Below are positions 39,831-51,127 of a stretch of 64,000 nt of DNA, one piece after another. The number at the start of each line of letters is the position of its first letter. The first letter of the stretch is position 1. Source of the stretch: Rotaria socialis (Eukaryota); contig CAJNYD010000058.1 of the NCBI GenBank assembly GCA_905331295.1, forward strand, positions 62,001-126,000, written 5' to 3'. The notes under the pieces were generated by a model. That model did no database searches and had not been told where the DNA came from. It saw only the letters and a program-made list of their open reading frames with translations. Position numbers and translations under genes: made by a program.

Positions 39831-40268
39831 ATTGATGCTATGATGAAAAGTCACGCACCGAGCGGTCAATGTTGGGTAATTTATGCATCTAATACGGTGG
39901 ACCACTATTGTCGTGATTGGATGGAAACTAAACTAGGTAAACAAGAACTAATCAAGACTGGTGGAGGCATTAGTGGAACCCTTCATCCTTTCAATATATA
40001 CCTCGATGGACCTCACCAAGGTTTGGAACAAAAACTCATCATTTGTAATATTGATCTTAGCCAACTTTGTATAATCCAATTTTTCATAGATTCAGCTGGA
40101 CACTACAGTCGACCTGAAGTTCGTCAGAATGATGCCAATTACGCTCCAGTTTGGTCCAATGAGAAAATTTTTTAATTTCCAATAGAGATACCTCCTTATT
40201 CAAACCAGAAATCATCTTTCTACAAAAAGCAAGAAAGTGATACTGCAGCGATCGTACAAGAACAGTAA
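39831..40268 (+). pseudogene. Nitrilase C-terminal exon remnant
   Basis: After an AG acceptor: IDAMMKSHA...QCWVIYASN...GGGISGTLHPF...IDLSQL...IDSAGHYSRPEV. D-x-x-GHYSRP is the nitrilase C-terminal signature. TAA at 40173-40175 is followed by 30 more open codons. No upstream catalytic E/K/C exons were found. Confidence 0.7.
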
Positions 40269-41188
40269 ACTTGTTCTTTTCCTAGTTATTTCTCTACTGT
40301 CAAAATTGATATTATAATGAATGAATGTTAGTGGCAGTGCACTCGTCGAGAAAAATAAATTCATTGAACAGAATTAATCAAATGAAAGTTCGATCAGCAA
40401 ATTATTACTTCGTATCATTCATTTAAAAAAAATGGAAGAAATAGTTTTGATTGTAGCAAAATTTTCGGATACCCAATATAATAGCTAGAAAAGAGGTTCG
40501 ACTAAAAGTAAAAAATTTCAAATTGATCCATCGATTATGCTGCCTAAATAACTCTGTAGTATGCATAACTTTTAAAGTCAAGTTTTCTTCTGTTTTCATC
40601 GCCTATTTAAATAGATCATATAGAATCTATCAGATGTAGTGCATGCTCCTGAAACTTTGCCAGTTGACAAAAGTCATATTGGGAAAATTCTGAAATCTCT
40701 CCAAAAGCAGAAGCCATTTAACTTTCACGATGTTTATTTATTCTTAATGATAGCGTGGTACCTAAGAAAAAATTGAGTGATGTAGGATTTCAAGTTAGAA
40801 ATATTGATAATAGTATATATGTAGAAAGTGCTACTTCATCGTCATCATGTGCACATGGGAAAATCTTTCTCTTAAACTATTTACATATTCATCATTAAAA
40901 TCTGAAAAGTTGTTTTTACTTCAATAGATGCTGAGGTACTTCGCACTCCCACTAAAACTTTATGCATACAGCCTTCATCCACTGGTAGACTGAAAAGCTA
41001 TCTGAATGTGCAAAACAAAACCCATTTGATCAAATTAAGAAATTCTCTAGATCTTCTTTACACCAATTGAATTTCTGAACGATTATTATGACACACTGTT
41101 TGAAATAAAATAAATAAATAAGCATTATTCTGTCTTCTGTTTTCCCAATGCGGTTACATCGATATTGATATTCAATGCAATAGTAAGA

Positions 41189-43362
41189 TCAATTGTGTAA
41201 GTACATGCGTTCGGCATAAAATTTTTCAGATTGATTTACGGTGGGTTTTTTTCTTCGTTTAGTTAATCCTTTTACTGTTGTATTTGTTCCCCAATAGTTT
41301 GTAGTTGAATTACCAAATAGTGTATACAATGTTTGATTGACAATCGGATTCGAATACAACCAATCTATACCAATTAAATTTTCTTTCGAACTACACGTAT
41401 AATCTATCGTGTCTAAATTTAAATTCAACTCGTTTTGATACAATAATTGAACAACAATTTGATCTGTACATGTTGTTGATTGAAATCCACCTTGTTTCGT
41501 ATACGATTGTACACTAGTGACATGAGTCAAACCTTTCATTTCAATCAGTTTTGTAGGTATATGTTCAGATTGAAACCATATTTGTGTTTGTTGTGCTGAA
41601 TACATTGGTGAATTATAATCTAAATCTCCATTTAATAATAATGCACCGTCTTTGTTCGATCGAAAAATCTGTGAATTAACTTGAAATTGTCCCCAATAAC
41701 GAGGGTTTTTCGTATATAAAATCTCACTGAATACAGACGGAATGGTATAATTGTATTTCCAATGTTCTATTTCACGACACACTGGCATTGGACCTGTAGA
41801 TGCTAAATAATATTTATTGATAGCAGCACTATTAATGCAAAAATCATTGAAAAAAGTAATATTTGTTTTGAAATTTTCTTCTAGAGTGAATCCAACAAAA
41901 TCGCTCCACACTGTTGTTATACTTAAAACATTTCCATCATCTGGATATACATCAGGTGGATCAATTAAACTTGGTGCTAACGATTTTTCTATCAAAGCAA
42001 TTAAAATTGGTAATGCTCGAGATAGAATTCGTTGATCTTCAATTGAACAACGATAGAGACGAGCAATCAATATAGCAGCAAGTGGACGAGCAGATATAAG
42101 TTCAATACTTTCACTAGCGATAAGAGCAAATAAATCCCAGTCATTTAATCCCAGATTGGTTGTACATAGAGGATTTGTCAAATTGGTCAGAAAAAGCATT
42201 TGTAATGCTAGTGTAACAGTTATTATGTCTTGATCAGTACCAGTGACAAGTGCGAAGGTTTTCGCACATGAAATATCATTTTGACATTTGGATAAATACA
42301 AATAGAATCGATTATTGATTGATTTGATTTGATTTTGAAAAGCATCTGACCTTTTTATTGACATTATGCCATCGAGAATTATACCATCGATTGTCTGTAA
42401 GTGTGAATTGATTGATTGAATTGATAGATAATATTGAATAATAGTGGTACCTAATTACAAAACAAAAAAGATACAAATTATCCACGTCGTTACTAGACTA
42501 GATAATAACATGAAGTTAACAACGTATGCACACTGACACGAGTTTATCAGTGATGGGTGTCGGTGTCGGTGGGTATGATAAGATAATAGAAGTATCCACA
42601 CCCACGCCCTAAGTACTCATCTTTAGTCTATTGCCTGAATTTTAGCCAATTCATTCATGTCTTGGCAACTTTTATTTCATACCTTGACTTAAACCATAGA
42701 TATAAGTAGACGTCGGAGATATTGACTGTGATTGATTGATTGCATATTGAATTTGATATTGTAAATCTTGCGCAATATTTTAATTTGTCATAGCATTGAT
42801 TATTTTCAATGAGTCATTGACAGAACTGGGTACTGTTGTTTGAATCAATTCCCTAGCGCACTCAATCCATGTCTTTGCAGTATAACAATGGATCGATGGT
42901 TTACTCAAACCCGCTCCTCTGTATTGAAATAGGTATATTATTCGATGTGTCTGAGGATATGTTTGATGATACTTATTTTAAATAATTTGTTTCAACATGG
43001 ATACACCAAATGTTTCCATTCCGTATTGAGAGCCACCGCCACCATTTTAAAAGCCAATAGTTGATGATATGTTTGATAGTGGAAGTATTTCGTGGTGGTA
43101 AATCCGAGAAATATAAACGTTTCATATGTAGATCCGTCAAGGATATTGTCTTAGTCGAATTGTAGTACAATCCATCGAAAGTATTTGGATTGAATTCATT
43201 CCACTCGAGTGGACTAGTTAAGTACATGCACTCAGCTTGAATGGTAATATTGTTTTGTATAGTTTTATTAAGGGATCCATCGTTGAATGGACATGAATAC
43301 CATGACAACGCTACAGAAAATAAATTTAAAAGGAAGACTAGTTGTAGCCGTTTACCCATCAT
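41189..43362 (-). pseudogene. Secreted alpha/beta hydrolase (TAP/tripeptidyl-aminopeptidase-like) pseudogene, 2 exons (intron 42451-42682)
   Basis: Signal peptide, WYSCP, AECMYLTSPLEW, LLNGGGG, FQYRGAGLS, nucleophile elbow YGLSQG|T, IILDG, LLLNGDLDYNSP and GLTH. Disabled by a +1 frameshift (A run at 43045-43048) and in-frame TAA stops at 42978-42980 and 42780-42782. Confidence 0.85.
42553..42610. repeat. Short inverted GGGTGT...ACACCC telomere-like repeat inside an intron
   Basis: ATGGGTGTCGGTGTCGGTGGGTAT ... ATCCACACCCACGCCCT; resembles the tracts near 17.5 kb and 61 kb. Confidence 0.55.
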
Positions 43363-45212
43363 GTACATTTTGGCGTGCATCTACTTCTGCAGTCGATTGT
43401 GCTAACTATTTATTATTTGAGAAGCCTTTAGCAAATAATGACATCACGCAAACGATGAAGAACATGACAAATAGTCAACCAGTATCATTGCAGTTAAGAT
43501 AAGCATGATGACAATAGTATTCACAAAAAAAAAGTCAACGGTTAAAGACAAGTTGATCATATCTATTTACTTTGTGTGCTTTTCGAATATGTAGTAACAC
43601 TGGTTGATATTTGAAAGAATAAAATCTAATAGGACTTTCGTATTGAATCTGATTTCGTCTTCATAGTGGTGTAATCTTATGAAATATCACATAAAATAAA
43701 AGATAACAACTTATAGTCGCTGCCATAGCTCAAACATTCAATACACCTTCTTCTTATTAGATTACTCTCTAAAGTAATTGAAAATTTGAAAAATACCAAA
43801 TACAAACGCATCATATCAGAAATAAATCCAACCTTTAAAATATTCCAAATTAAGAATATTCGATACAATCAAATGTGACTAACTAATTTATGATGAAATA
43901 AAATAATCAATGCACGAATTTTAGCGTGATAAAGAATGAAAGAAGTTGTTGCAATCTTATTGTACTGACTTTAAGGATAGATGCAAATGTTCAACTTGAA
44001 TGTCTGTTTAACTATGTAGCTTAATGCTCACATTCTTGTTTGTTATGGCGATGAACTGTCGAGACAATCACATGGCTCACAATTACTGTTGTCCTCAAAA
44101 ATTCATTTCATTATGAAGAACACATCATTGATTCCTATTGATGGCCTTTATGATTAACAATAATAACCATTGGAAAAGATATACTCAATGCGGCCCATGT
44201 TTTCTTACCCGATGCCGTTTCTAGTTTGACATCAGCATTCGATCATTCACCTTCTTTGTTCTGTTTGCATTGATTACATTCAGTCTTTATTAGTTTGAAT
44301 CACAACGAAAAGCAAAAATACAAAATATGTCAGGCAACAAGAGAACGCTTTCCTACATAGATGCTCTCTCTAATGAGTTGATCAAAGAAAACAAAAACTG
44401 TACTGTGCAACATGTAAATGTGCTAGATAGCATTTTTCTTACCGTTTCATAATGCTAGAAACTTTGAGAAGTGAAAAAACGAAGAAATCTGGCAAGAGCC
44501 TTCTATTATTGGCATAAACATTTATATAAAAACAAAATGCCAAACGCTCCGCAAAGCTTAAATAATTGAATTCAAAACAAAAAGGTACTCTTAGTAGTGG
44601 CTACACGGGTGTTTCTGAAGAATTCTCAATGAATGAATTTCATCAATGTGGCATAATCTATTTTAAAGAAGATTGCAAGCATCTGCGTCGTAACTTCGAA
44701 TTAGGAATTGATAAGCAGATGATGAAAAGCTGGTTCAATTAGCAAATAATGAAATTTAGTTCCATCGCAGATTCTATTACGCAGAAAAACAGGTTAACTT
44801 GCTGTTCTGTGTCACGGAGAGTGCCACTACTTGAAGAATATTCGAAATCCATTAATTTATGGTCTTGTATATAAAATAAATTAGATCTCGAACGGTTTAG
44901 TAGCCCTATAAAGATTTATAAATTCGTGGCAAGTATAATAAATCAATTATATAATACAGTGAATGAGTGGACATTTTTAGAGAACACTTACTTCTAATTT
45001 CTTATATTTATTAATAGAATATATTGCACTCGTATGAAAGGATACGATAAATATGGAATCGATCATTTTTGACTTTGTCGTTGTTCAGTCTGAGAACTCG
45101 TCGTACGAACTCAAAAACCCATGTTCTACGACAAGCATTTAATTGAATTACATATGTATTAGTATTAATTTAGTCTGAATAGATATGGTGATGCATATTT
45201 TATAAGCGGAAT

Positions 45213-45389
45213 CAGAGACGGCGCGAAGTAATAAAAGTATAGGGGGGTTACTTGAAAACGGGAGGTTTTTTTTCAAAAACGAGAGGTTTTTTCAAAAATT
45301 GAAACAAAAATTTCCAAAGTTGGAGGGGGCTGGGGGGGGGCTACCCCCCCCCCCCCCCCCCAACCCCCTCCCCGTTCGCGCCGTCCCTG
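45213..45389. mobile_element. Non-autonomous hAT-type MITE (177 bp)
   Basis: 15-bp TIRs CAGAGACGGCGCGAA / TTCGCGCCGTCCCTG (1 mismatch) and a perfect 8-bp TSD AGCGGAAT (45205-45212 and 45390-45397). Internal G-run/C-run hairpin. Confidence 0.92.
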
Positions 45390-45670
45390 AGCGGAATATC
45401 GCATTGATTTACATTTTTTAAGGATCACTTGGCTCCCTTGTATGATTGCTGAATGACAATATTTATTACGAATAATTTTTTACATCTATGAAAGAATATT
45501 ATGCAAATAAAATCTATCATACTATGAAGTAATCCATTTCAAAACTAGACTTACTTTCTAATTTACATCGGAAGCTTTCCGTTTGTATGCGCTTTTTTTT
45601 CTTGGATCAATTCTACTCCGTTTTGATTACCTTCTTATTGATCATGCAATATACAAAACCTTTAGCTACG

Positions 45671-46631
45671 ATGTTGCAAATAGTCTTGCTTTTTGCATGG
45701 ACAAGATTAATGTCAACAATGTGTGATTCAAAACAAACCATGATCAATCACGAAACACAACTATGTTGCCATTATGATATCAAGAAAACGCCAACGATAG
45801 GCATTGGATATCAACTTTTACAAAACAACTCTAAAACAGTCATGTCCATGTATAATTTAACATTATCACAAGTTTTAAGTGATTGTCATAGAAATACATC
45901 AACATACTGCCTGGCCAACGATCAAGCTAAAGATATCTTTTACAGAATTTCGTATCCAGAAGCTCCCAGATGTGTAGACGAATATGTTTCTAATCTGCCA
46001 TCAACGAAAAGAAATGCAATTATTGATGTAGCTTTTACTAGTTGTCGAACATTGAAGACATTCAATCAAATGCAAAAAGCATTAGAAGTAAAAGATTGGA
46101 TACAAGCTGCAGAAGAATTGAAGTATTCAAAATGGTGTAAACAAGTAAATCAAAGCCAATGCGATAAAGATTACAATTGTATTCGCAACAATGGTAGTTA
46201 TCTAAATCAAATGATTTCTTACTTTTGATGATAAATTTGGATTCTTTGTTATATTCGTAGAATCAAATGATAAAGAAGGTTTTTCAACGATGGAAATTAA
46301 GACATTGAAGAAACATGAATGTGTCTGTTATCAAACATCAAGCAGTATTCAGTTCTGTGCACCAAAATTTCAATGTTCAATATTTCCAGATTGTCATTCT
46401 TGCTCAACTTCATCGTCTGTGTGTATTATTGATTCAGGTTGTGCAAGAAAAGTTTGTGTACCGTTATCATTTAGTGGAGTATGCAATTTAAACTCATCAA
46501 ATCAATCATCACTATTCAAACGCCTAATGAGTACACATTCAGGCAGAATAACTCTATTGATTATTTTATTTCCATTACCTCTGCTTCTATGCTTACTGTT
46601 ATCTATCTTTTTCTTTTGTCGAAACAGATAA
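45671..46631 (+). CDS. T4-type (GH24) lysozyme-like domain + Cys-rich domain + C-terminal transmembrane helix, 2 exons (to 46193; 46261-46631); the start may be 45587, 45644-45646 or 45671
   Basis: HETQLCCHYDIKKTPTIGIGYQL, KRNAIIDVAF and FNQMQKALEVKDWIQAAEELKYSKWCKQV parallel T4 lysozyme (DEG...D...[47 protein letters not shown]). A 67-nt GT-AG intron joins in frame to the Cys-rich/transmembrane ORF. Confidence 0.8.
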
Positions 46632-48956
46632 AAGTCTTCTTATTTTTCGAATCGAACCAAATACTAAACAAACAACATCAACATAAGCATGGATGAGTAT
46701 CTGCTCTCTCATTCTAATTTTTATGCTATTGATATTTACATTATTTTCCTTCAGAAAAAGCCGTAGGATCCTATCCTGCAGTATGAAAATTATCGTAGAG
46801 AAATAAACGATTTATAAAAATAAAATGACAACTGGATATCTGTGCAAGAATAAGATATTGGAAATCGTCTATCTTTATGTTTATTCTCGTGTACTTTTCT
46901 TTTAATTATAGTATATATTTCCTTGCTATCTTTTCAATTATTTTGCATATACACAAAACTAGGACAATATAGCTCATGTCGGTGTTCTATTATTCGTTTT
47001 ATTTCGTTAATTCAATTGTATAACAGGGTCACTTTATATTTATAATCGGATCATACATATCAAAAGAAAGATCCATCTATTGAAAAATTTATGTAAATCA
47101 TAAACAAAAACTGGTTTAGCGTAAATTCTGCCACCCATCAGACAGATACTTAACATTTGTCATAACACTCGTTCGAAATATCATGTGATTCTAAAGAATG
47201 TGCTAAGCTCAGGAAACCGATTTACTGAACAAATTCCAGTAGGTTAACTAACGGAGGTACTTTGAATAATCCTGACTAGTCATGGTGACTTGATTATTTG
47301 GCTAAGTATCCATATTCGTACATGTACTAAGCGAATACTTGTATACGTATCTACTAAGATCGATTTAGTGAAGAACCACTAGCAGAGTACTTTATTTTTC
47401 TATTTTATTTGTCTCGTGTACTGTAGCAAATATTGAGTCGAATATATTTCTAATTGCTTTCGAGCATTCCGAATGTTTTTTGTAAAGTAAATTTTAATCT
47501 ACAACTGAAAAACCCGAAGTAACAATGCATATGGAATGTCAATTGCAAATATCTTATCAGAGAATATGATGGTCCTGTATTGCGACTAAAAAATAATCAA
47601 TTGTTGGATACATTCATTTTTTTTGTATTGAAACGAAAAGATGGAACTTTAAGAATTACTGGTATTTTTCTGTAATAATACTTGTTTCATGTAGATGTTT
47701 CTGCATGAAATATTTTGCTAAATTCTGCAATAATTCCTTGCTGTTACACACAGGTACATCAATCCTGTTGAATAGTAGGAAGGTTCTTAGGTTTTTTAGA
47801 TATTTTTGTAGTAGTATACCCACAATAGTGTCATTTGGGTGTTTGCAAATACTTCAAAATTCAACAGTTCGTGTGGCTAGAACTCCATGAAATACCAGAA
47901 TTTTGTAATATAATGAAATACCCGAGAGAAAACATTGTTAACGTTCAGATGAAGTTATAACTGAAATAAAAAAATTCAAATTGTCTTTCAATAGTGTTAT
48001 TCGATCAATAACTTAGCGTCTATTTAAGATTATTATCATTATTTCATTTTAAAATTCTCTGATTTTTACAAATTTAAGAACTTCCTTTCTAAGTTGAGCA
48101 TAGTCTTTGGCTAAGTCTCATCTTACTCTAAATCTTTTTGTCAGAGTTTGTTTGCTTTCGATCTAATTTGATGGTCTATAGTTACTTGATCATAAACTGT
48201 TTCCTTAGTTTTTCACCCTCAATCATACTGTGTTGTTCACTGATATATAAGAAATCAATCTTAATTCACTCTATTATTGAATAGAACATTAAAATGGCCA
48301 CATCATGTCCTTTAACAGTCTAACATACAAAAGAGAGAGCAAACTCGCAAACAGTTAACAAAACAAGAATTAGACAACCAATGATTGGTTAAATGCGTAA
48401 AAAGTCAACATAGATTAGATAAGAGTGAAACAACCTATAATGTTATATTCGTCCTTCTATCTGTGTATGCCTACCTATGTCAAAATATTATATCTATTGT
48501 ATATTCAATTGTTGTGGCATTTTCAACTCAGTCTACACGATACCAATATGAAAGTCTTTTTACATAATTAAACTGGGTGTTCATGCATGATGCTTAATTT
48601 TTGCTTGCCATTTCTTTTTATCGTATACTTTATTGTTCTCTCTCGATACGTTGCCTATGTATTGTAAACAATGTCGTCGCTCTCCTTTGTTAATTTCTCC
48701 TTCATCTGTGCATTCTTCTTTGCTTACCTCTTATGATTGCGTATGTAAAAATGTGTTCTGTTATGTAAACAATACAATAATAATTATGATATGACGAAGC
48801 ATAACAAAATGTAATATTATTGCACTAATACTGATGCTATCAAAAATCGTCAAAATGATGTTGTATCTTGCATAATTAGTTCTTCTTGCTTTTTTTCTAG
48901 ACTAAATCGCATCTGTTCTGTCAAACATATTTGAAATAGTCAATCGAAAAGTAAAA

Positions 48957-50141
48957 ATGAACGATTCATTACTTCTAGAAGTGCGTAATTTGCAAACAGA
49001 ATTAACAAAGATTCGTCAAGATATTCATGCTCATCCGGAGATGGCCATGGAAGAAGAACGAACGTCAAGTCTTGTCGCTACTAAGCTCAATGAATGGGGT
49101 CTAACCGTGACTAAAGGTGTCGGTCAATTCGGTGTTGTTGGAACATTGACAAGTAGTAAGCCAGGCACTCGTTCTATTGGTCTTCGTGCTGATATGGATG
49201 CTCTGGAACTTATTGAAAAATGTGATGTACCATATGTTTCAACCAAACCTGGTATCATGCACGCTTGCGGTCATGATGGGCACACGACAATGCTACTTGG
49301 CGCTGCAAAATATTTAGCTGAACATCGAGATTCATTCTTTGGAACCGTTCAATTTATTTTTCAGCCGGGTGAAGAAGGACTTCGAGGCGCAATTGCAATG
49401 ATTAATGATAATTTATTCGAAAGATTTCCCGTCGATGCGGTCTATGGATTACACAATATGCCGGAACCATTAGGAACATTTTCTATACGATCAGGCCCTC
49501 TCATGGCAGCATCCGATCGTTGGTATGTTACATTTCGTGGTACAGGAGGTCACGGAGGTGCAGGACCTCATCTTGCAACAGACGTAACAGTCTTACAAGC
49601 ACAGTTCATCGTGGCTCTACAAACAATTGTTAGTCGTAATGTCAATGCAATTGATTCAGCAGTGATCAGTGTTGGTGCCATCCAAGGCGGTTCTTTCTTA
49701 TCGGCTAATGTTATGCCATCTGAAATACGTATTGCAGGTACTGCACGAAGTTTTACTGAATCAGTCCGTAATCTTATCGAACGTCGTATGAATGAACTAG
49801 CAAATAATTTAGCAACGGCATTTGATTGTACAGCTCATATAGAGTACAATCGAGGAGGTATCCCCCTCGTTAATCACAATGAAGAAACACAACGAGCAAT
49901 CAACGCTGCTGAAGCAGTCGTTGGTACAGTGAACGTGAACAAGAACAGAGAACCTATCATGGGCGGTGAAGATTTTGCTTTTATGCTTTTGAAACGACCA
50001 GGTGCTTTTATTTTTATGGGTATCAATGACGAAAAAGTATCGGTTAAATTGCATTCACCTGATTATAACTTTAATGATGATGCAATTCCATTTGGTGTTG
50101 CCTATTGGATAAGTCTTGTCCAACAAGAACTCAAAAATTGA
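48957..50141 (+). CDS. M20D family amidohydrolase (hippurate hydrolase/Acy1-like, bacterial type), intronless CDS
   Basis: RQDIHAHPEMAMEE, GLRADMDAL, MHACGHDGHTTMLLGAA, FQPGEEG, YGLHN, GTGGHG, MGGEDFAF and LHSPDYNFND. Confidence 0.95.
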   Translation: MNDSLLLEVRNLQTELTKIRQDIHAHPEMAMEEERTSSLVATKLNEWGLTVTKGVGQFGVVGTLTSSKPGTRSIGLRADMDALELIEKCDVPYVSTKPGIMHACGHDGHTTMLLGAAKYLAEHRDSFFGTVQFIFQPGEEGLRGAIAMINDNLFERFPVDAVYGLHNMPEPLGTFSIRSGPLMAASDRWYVTFRGTGGHGGAGPHLATDVTVLQAQFIVALQTIVSRNVNAIDSAVISVGAIQGGSFLSANVMPSEIRIAGTARSFTESVRNLIERRMNELANNLATAFDCTAHIEYNRGGIPLVNHNEETQRAINAAEAVVGTVNVNKNREPIMGGEDFAFMLLKRPGAFIFMGINDEKVSVKLHSPDYNFNDDAIPFGVAYWISLVQQELKN

Positions 50142-51127
50142 TTTCATCATCTTCTTTATTTACTAATTGAATTCTAAAAGAAAAAAATTAATTTAGTTTT
50201 GTTCGTTTGCATTGAAGTTAGCTATCGCATTTGATCAAATTTTGGTACTCTTTGGTGAATATCTCATAGAATTTTCTTTTCATATATTGCTATGTCGTGT
50301 TGTCTATGTGTAAGAATTTTGCAATGATATATTCATTGTTGATTATTCAAAACACAAAATATTGTCTTTGATGTTTGTTTTGTATTCAATTGCAATCAAT
50401 AGCATGCCCAGAAATTTTAACGTCATCGTTTTACTCTGTTAGGGAGAGTGTGTCTTACTTTAAATTATCTGACTCATTTAAATTATTGCGATCGGTCGAA
50501 TGGATTCATTGTTGAATGAGAATCACTCTTATGGAATCGAAAATATGCTCAGCGTGCACTGTACCTGTTGGCTGGTAGAACTAATGAAAAGTTTCCAATT
50601 TTTTTCTATCAATGAATTTCTTCTTAGGGTTTTTAATACAAGGGATAAGAAAACAAAATTAAGAAATCTTCCATTGAATATCAAACGGACGGTTTAATTT
50701 CGACAACTTGTTGAATGAATGATGCATCTGTTTTTGACACCGTTCATTGAGTCTAGTCGGATTACGTAATTCATTCGTGCCGCCTGTGTATACTTTTATT
50801 TTGTCATTGATACTTTTTAAGAATAAGGCTACGTTGAAATATACTTGTGACAGTTTTTCCTATATACGTCCATATCTTTTCCAGTATCACAATTTGAATT
50901 AGTATCAATAAATTAGTCATTCGAATAAAGACTAGCATCGCTCAAATTCGTATTCTAAGTTAATTAATTTTCTACAATACGCAAAAGCGCCAATTCAGTT
51001 CATGTATTTCTTGCGATGATACCTGACTGAAAATACCTGTAGGCAAGAGGAAGAGACTTTACTGTTCGATCAATTATTTAAAAATAAAATAAGAAATATT
51101 GAAGAAATGTAACTTTTAAAAAAGTCA

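Noticed and set aside
40630..40900. Short coding-like frames between the nitrilase remnant and the hydrolase pseudogene
   Set aside because: No recognisable homology or splice model.
44080..44700. NNHWKRYTQCGPCF, reminiscent of the HW...C.PC motif of carbohydrate sulfotransferases
   Set aside because: Single short motif among stop codons; no PAPS-binding motifs recovered.
12844..50141. Bacterial contamination or an operon as the explanation for the foreign genes
   Set aside because: The genes are separated by kilobases of AT-rich DNA, lie on mixed strands, several contain spliceosomal introns, and they are interleaved with metazoan genes.
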